DNA of 64,000 bases from contig JBDOQK010000028.1 in assembly GCA_040437565.1 (NCBI GenBank), positions 186,001 to 250,000 on the forward strand. The letters are read 5' to 3'. This stretch comes from Albugo candida. Taxonomy: Eukaryota. The notes beneath the pieces are model-generated. The model did not search any database and was not told the DNA's origin. It worked only from the letters and a program-made list of their open reading frames with translations. A program made the position numbers and the translations under genes. Positions 63,851 to 64,000 of this stretch are shown here, piece after piece. How positions within the stretch are numbered: position 1 is the stretch's first letter; every line of letters starts with the position of its first letter.

Positions 63851-64000
63851 ATGATGCTGAATCGCGGAACACTAAACGGCGATGAATTCACTATTGATTT
63901 CGCCGATGGCGCTATCAAATTTCGTAATGAAGAAGGCACTTTATATTCGAGAATATTCCACATTGTATCGCACCATTTCGACCGTATTTGAGCTATAATT
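63851..64000 (+). CDS. Possible 5' end of a gene divergent from NDUFAF5
   Basis: ATG followed by MMLNRGTLNGDEFTIDFADGAIKFRNEE. It is too short to identify and needs an intron to continue. Confidence 0.3.

Overview
This is a gene-dense eukaryotic scaffold, not a prokaryotic one: introns are about 45-65 nt and many intergenic gaps are under 100 bp. Gene content and compactness suggest a flagellated oomycete, possibly Albugo-like (inference, not verified). About 25 protein-coding genes are recognisable. Housekeeping genes include an ELO elongase, PP2A catalytic subunit, PGS1, an LplA-type ligase, a PPR protein, KNL1/Spc7-like, SEN34, an SPX-SLC13 phosphate transporter, an LRR protein, ARL1, a KDM4-like demethylase, a PX protein, a TTL-family ligase, ZnT9 and NDUFAF5. 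Six genes are ciliary: BBS8, BBOF1/CCDC176, ODA-DC-like, DRC5/TCTE1, MORN5 and an inner-arm dynein heavy chain. There are five 100-N gaps. Four have directly repeated flanks (948, 14, 419 and 349 bp), which are assembly overlaps that create false duplications. Three unannotated islands (about 19.7-24.0, 30.6-32.0 and 34.9-36.7 kb) hold broken, Cys-containing minus-strand ORFs, some with decayed signal-peptide-like starts, and may be dead secreted-effector (CCG/CHXC-like) genes. I found no CRISPR, rRNA, tRNA or intact mobile element, and I cannot support a wholly new biological system. The best leads are the putative effector remnants, the ultra-short gene spacing, a KNL1 N-terminal repeat and a stand-alone PARP-type zinc finger. 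Exon boundaries were read by eye and are approximate.
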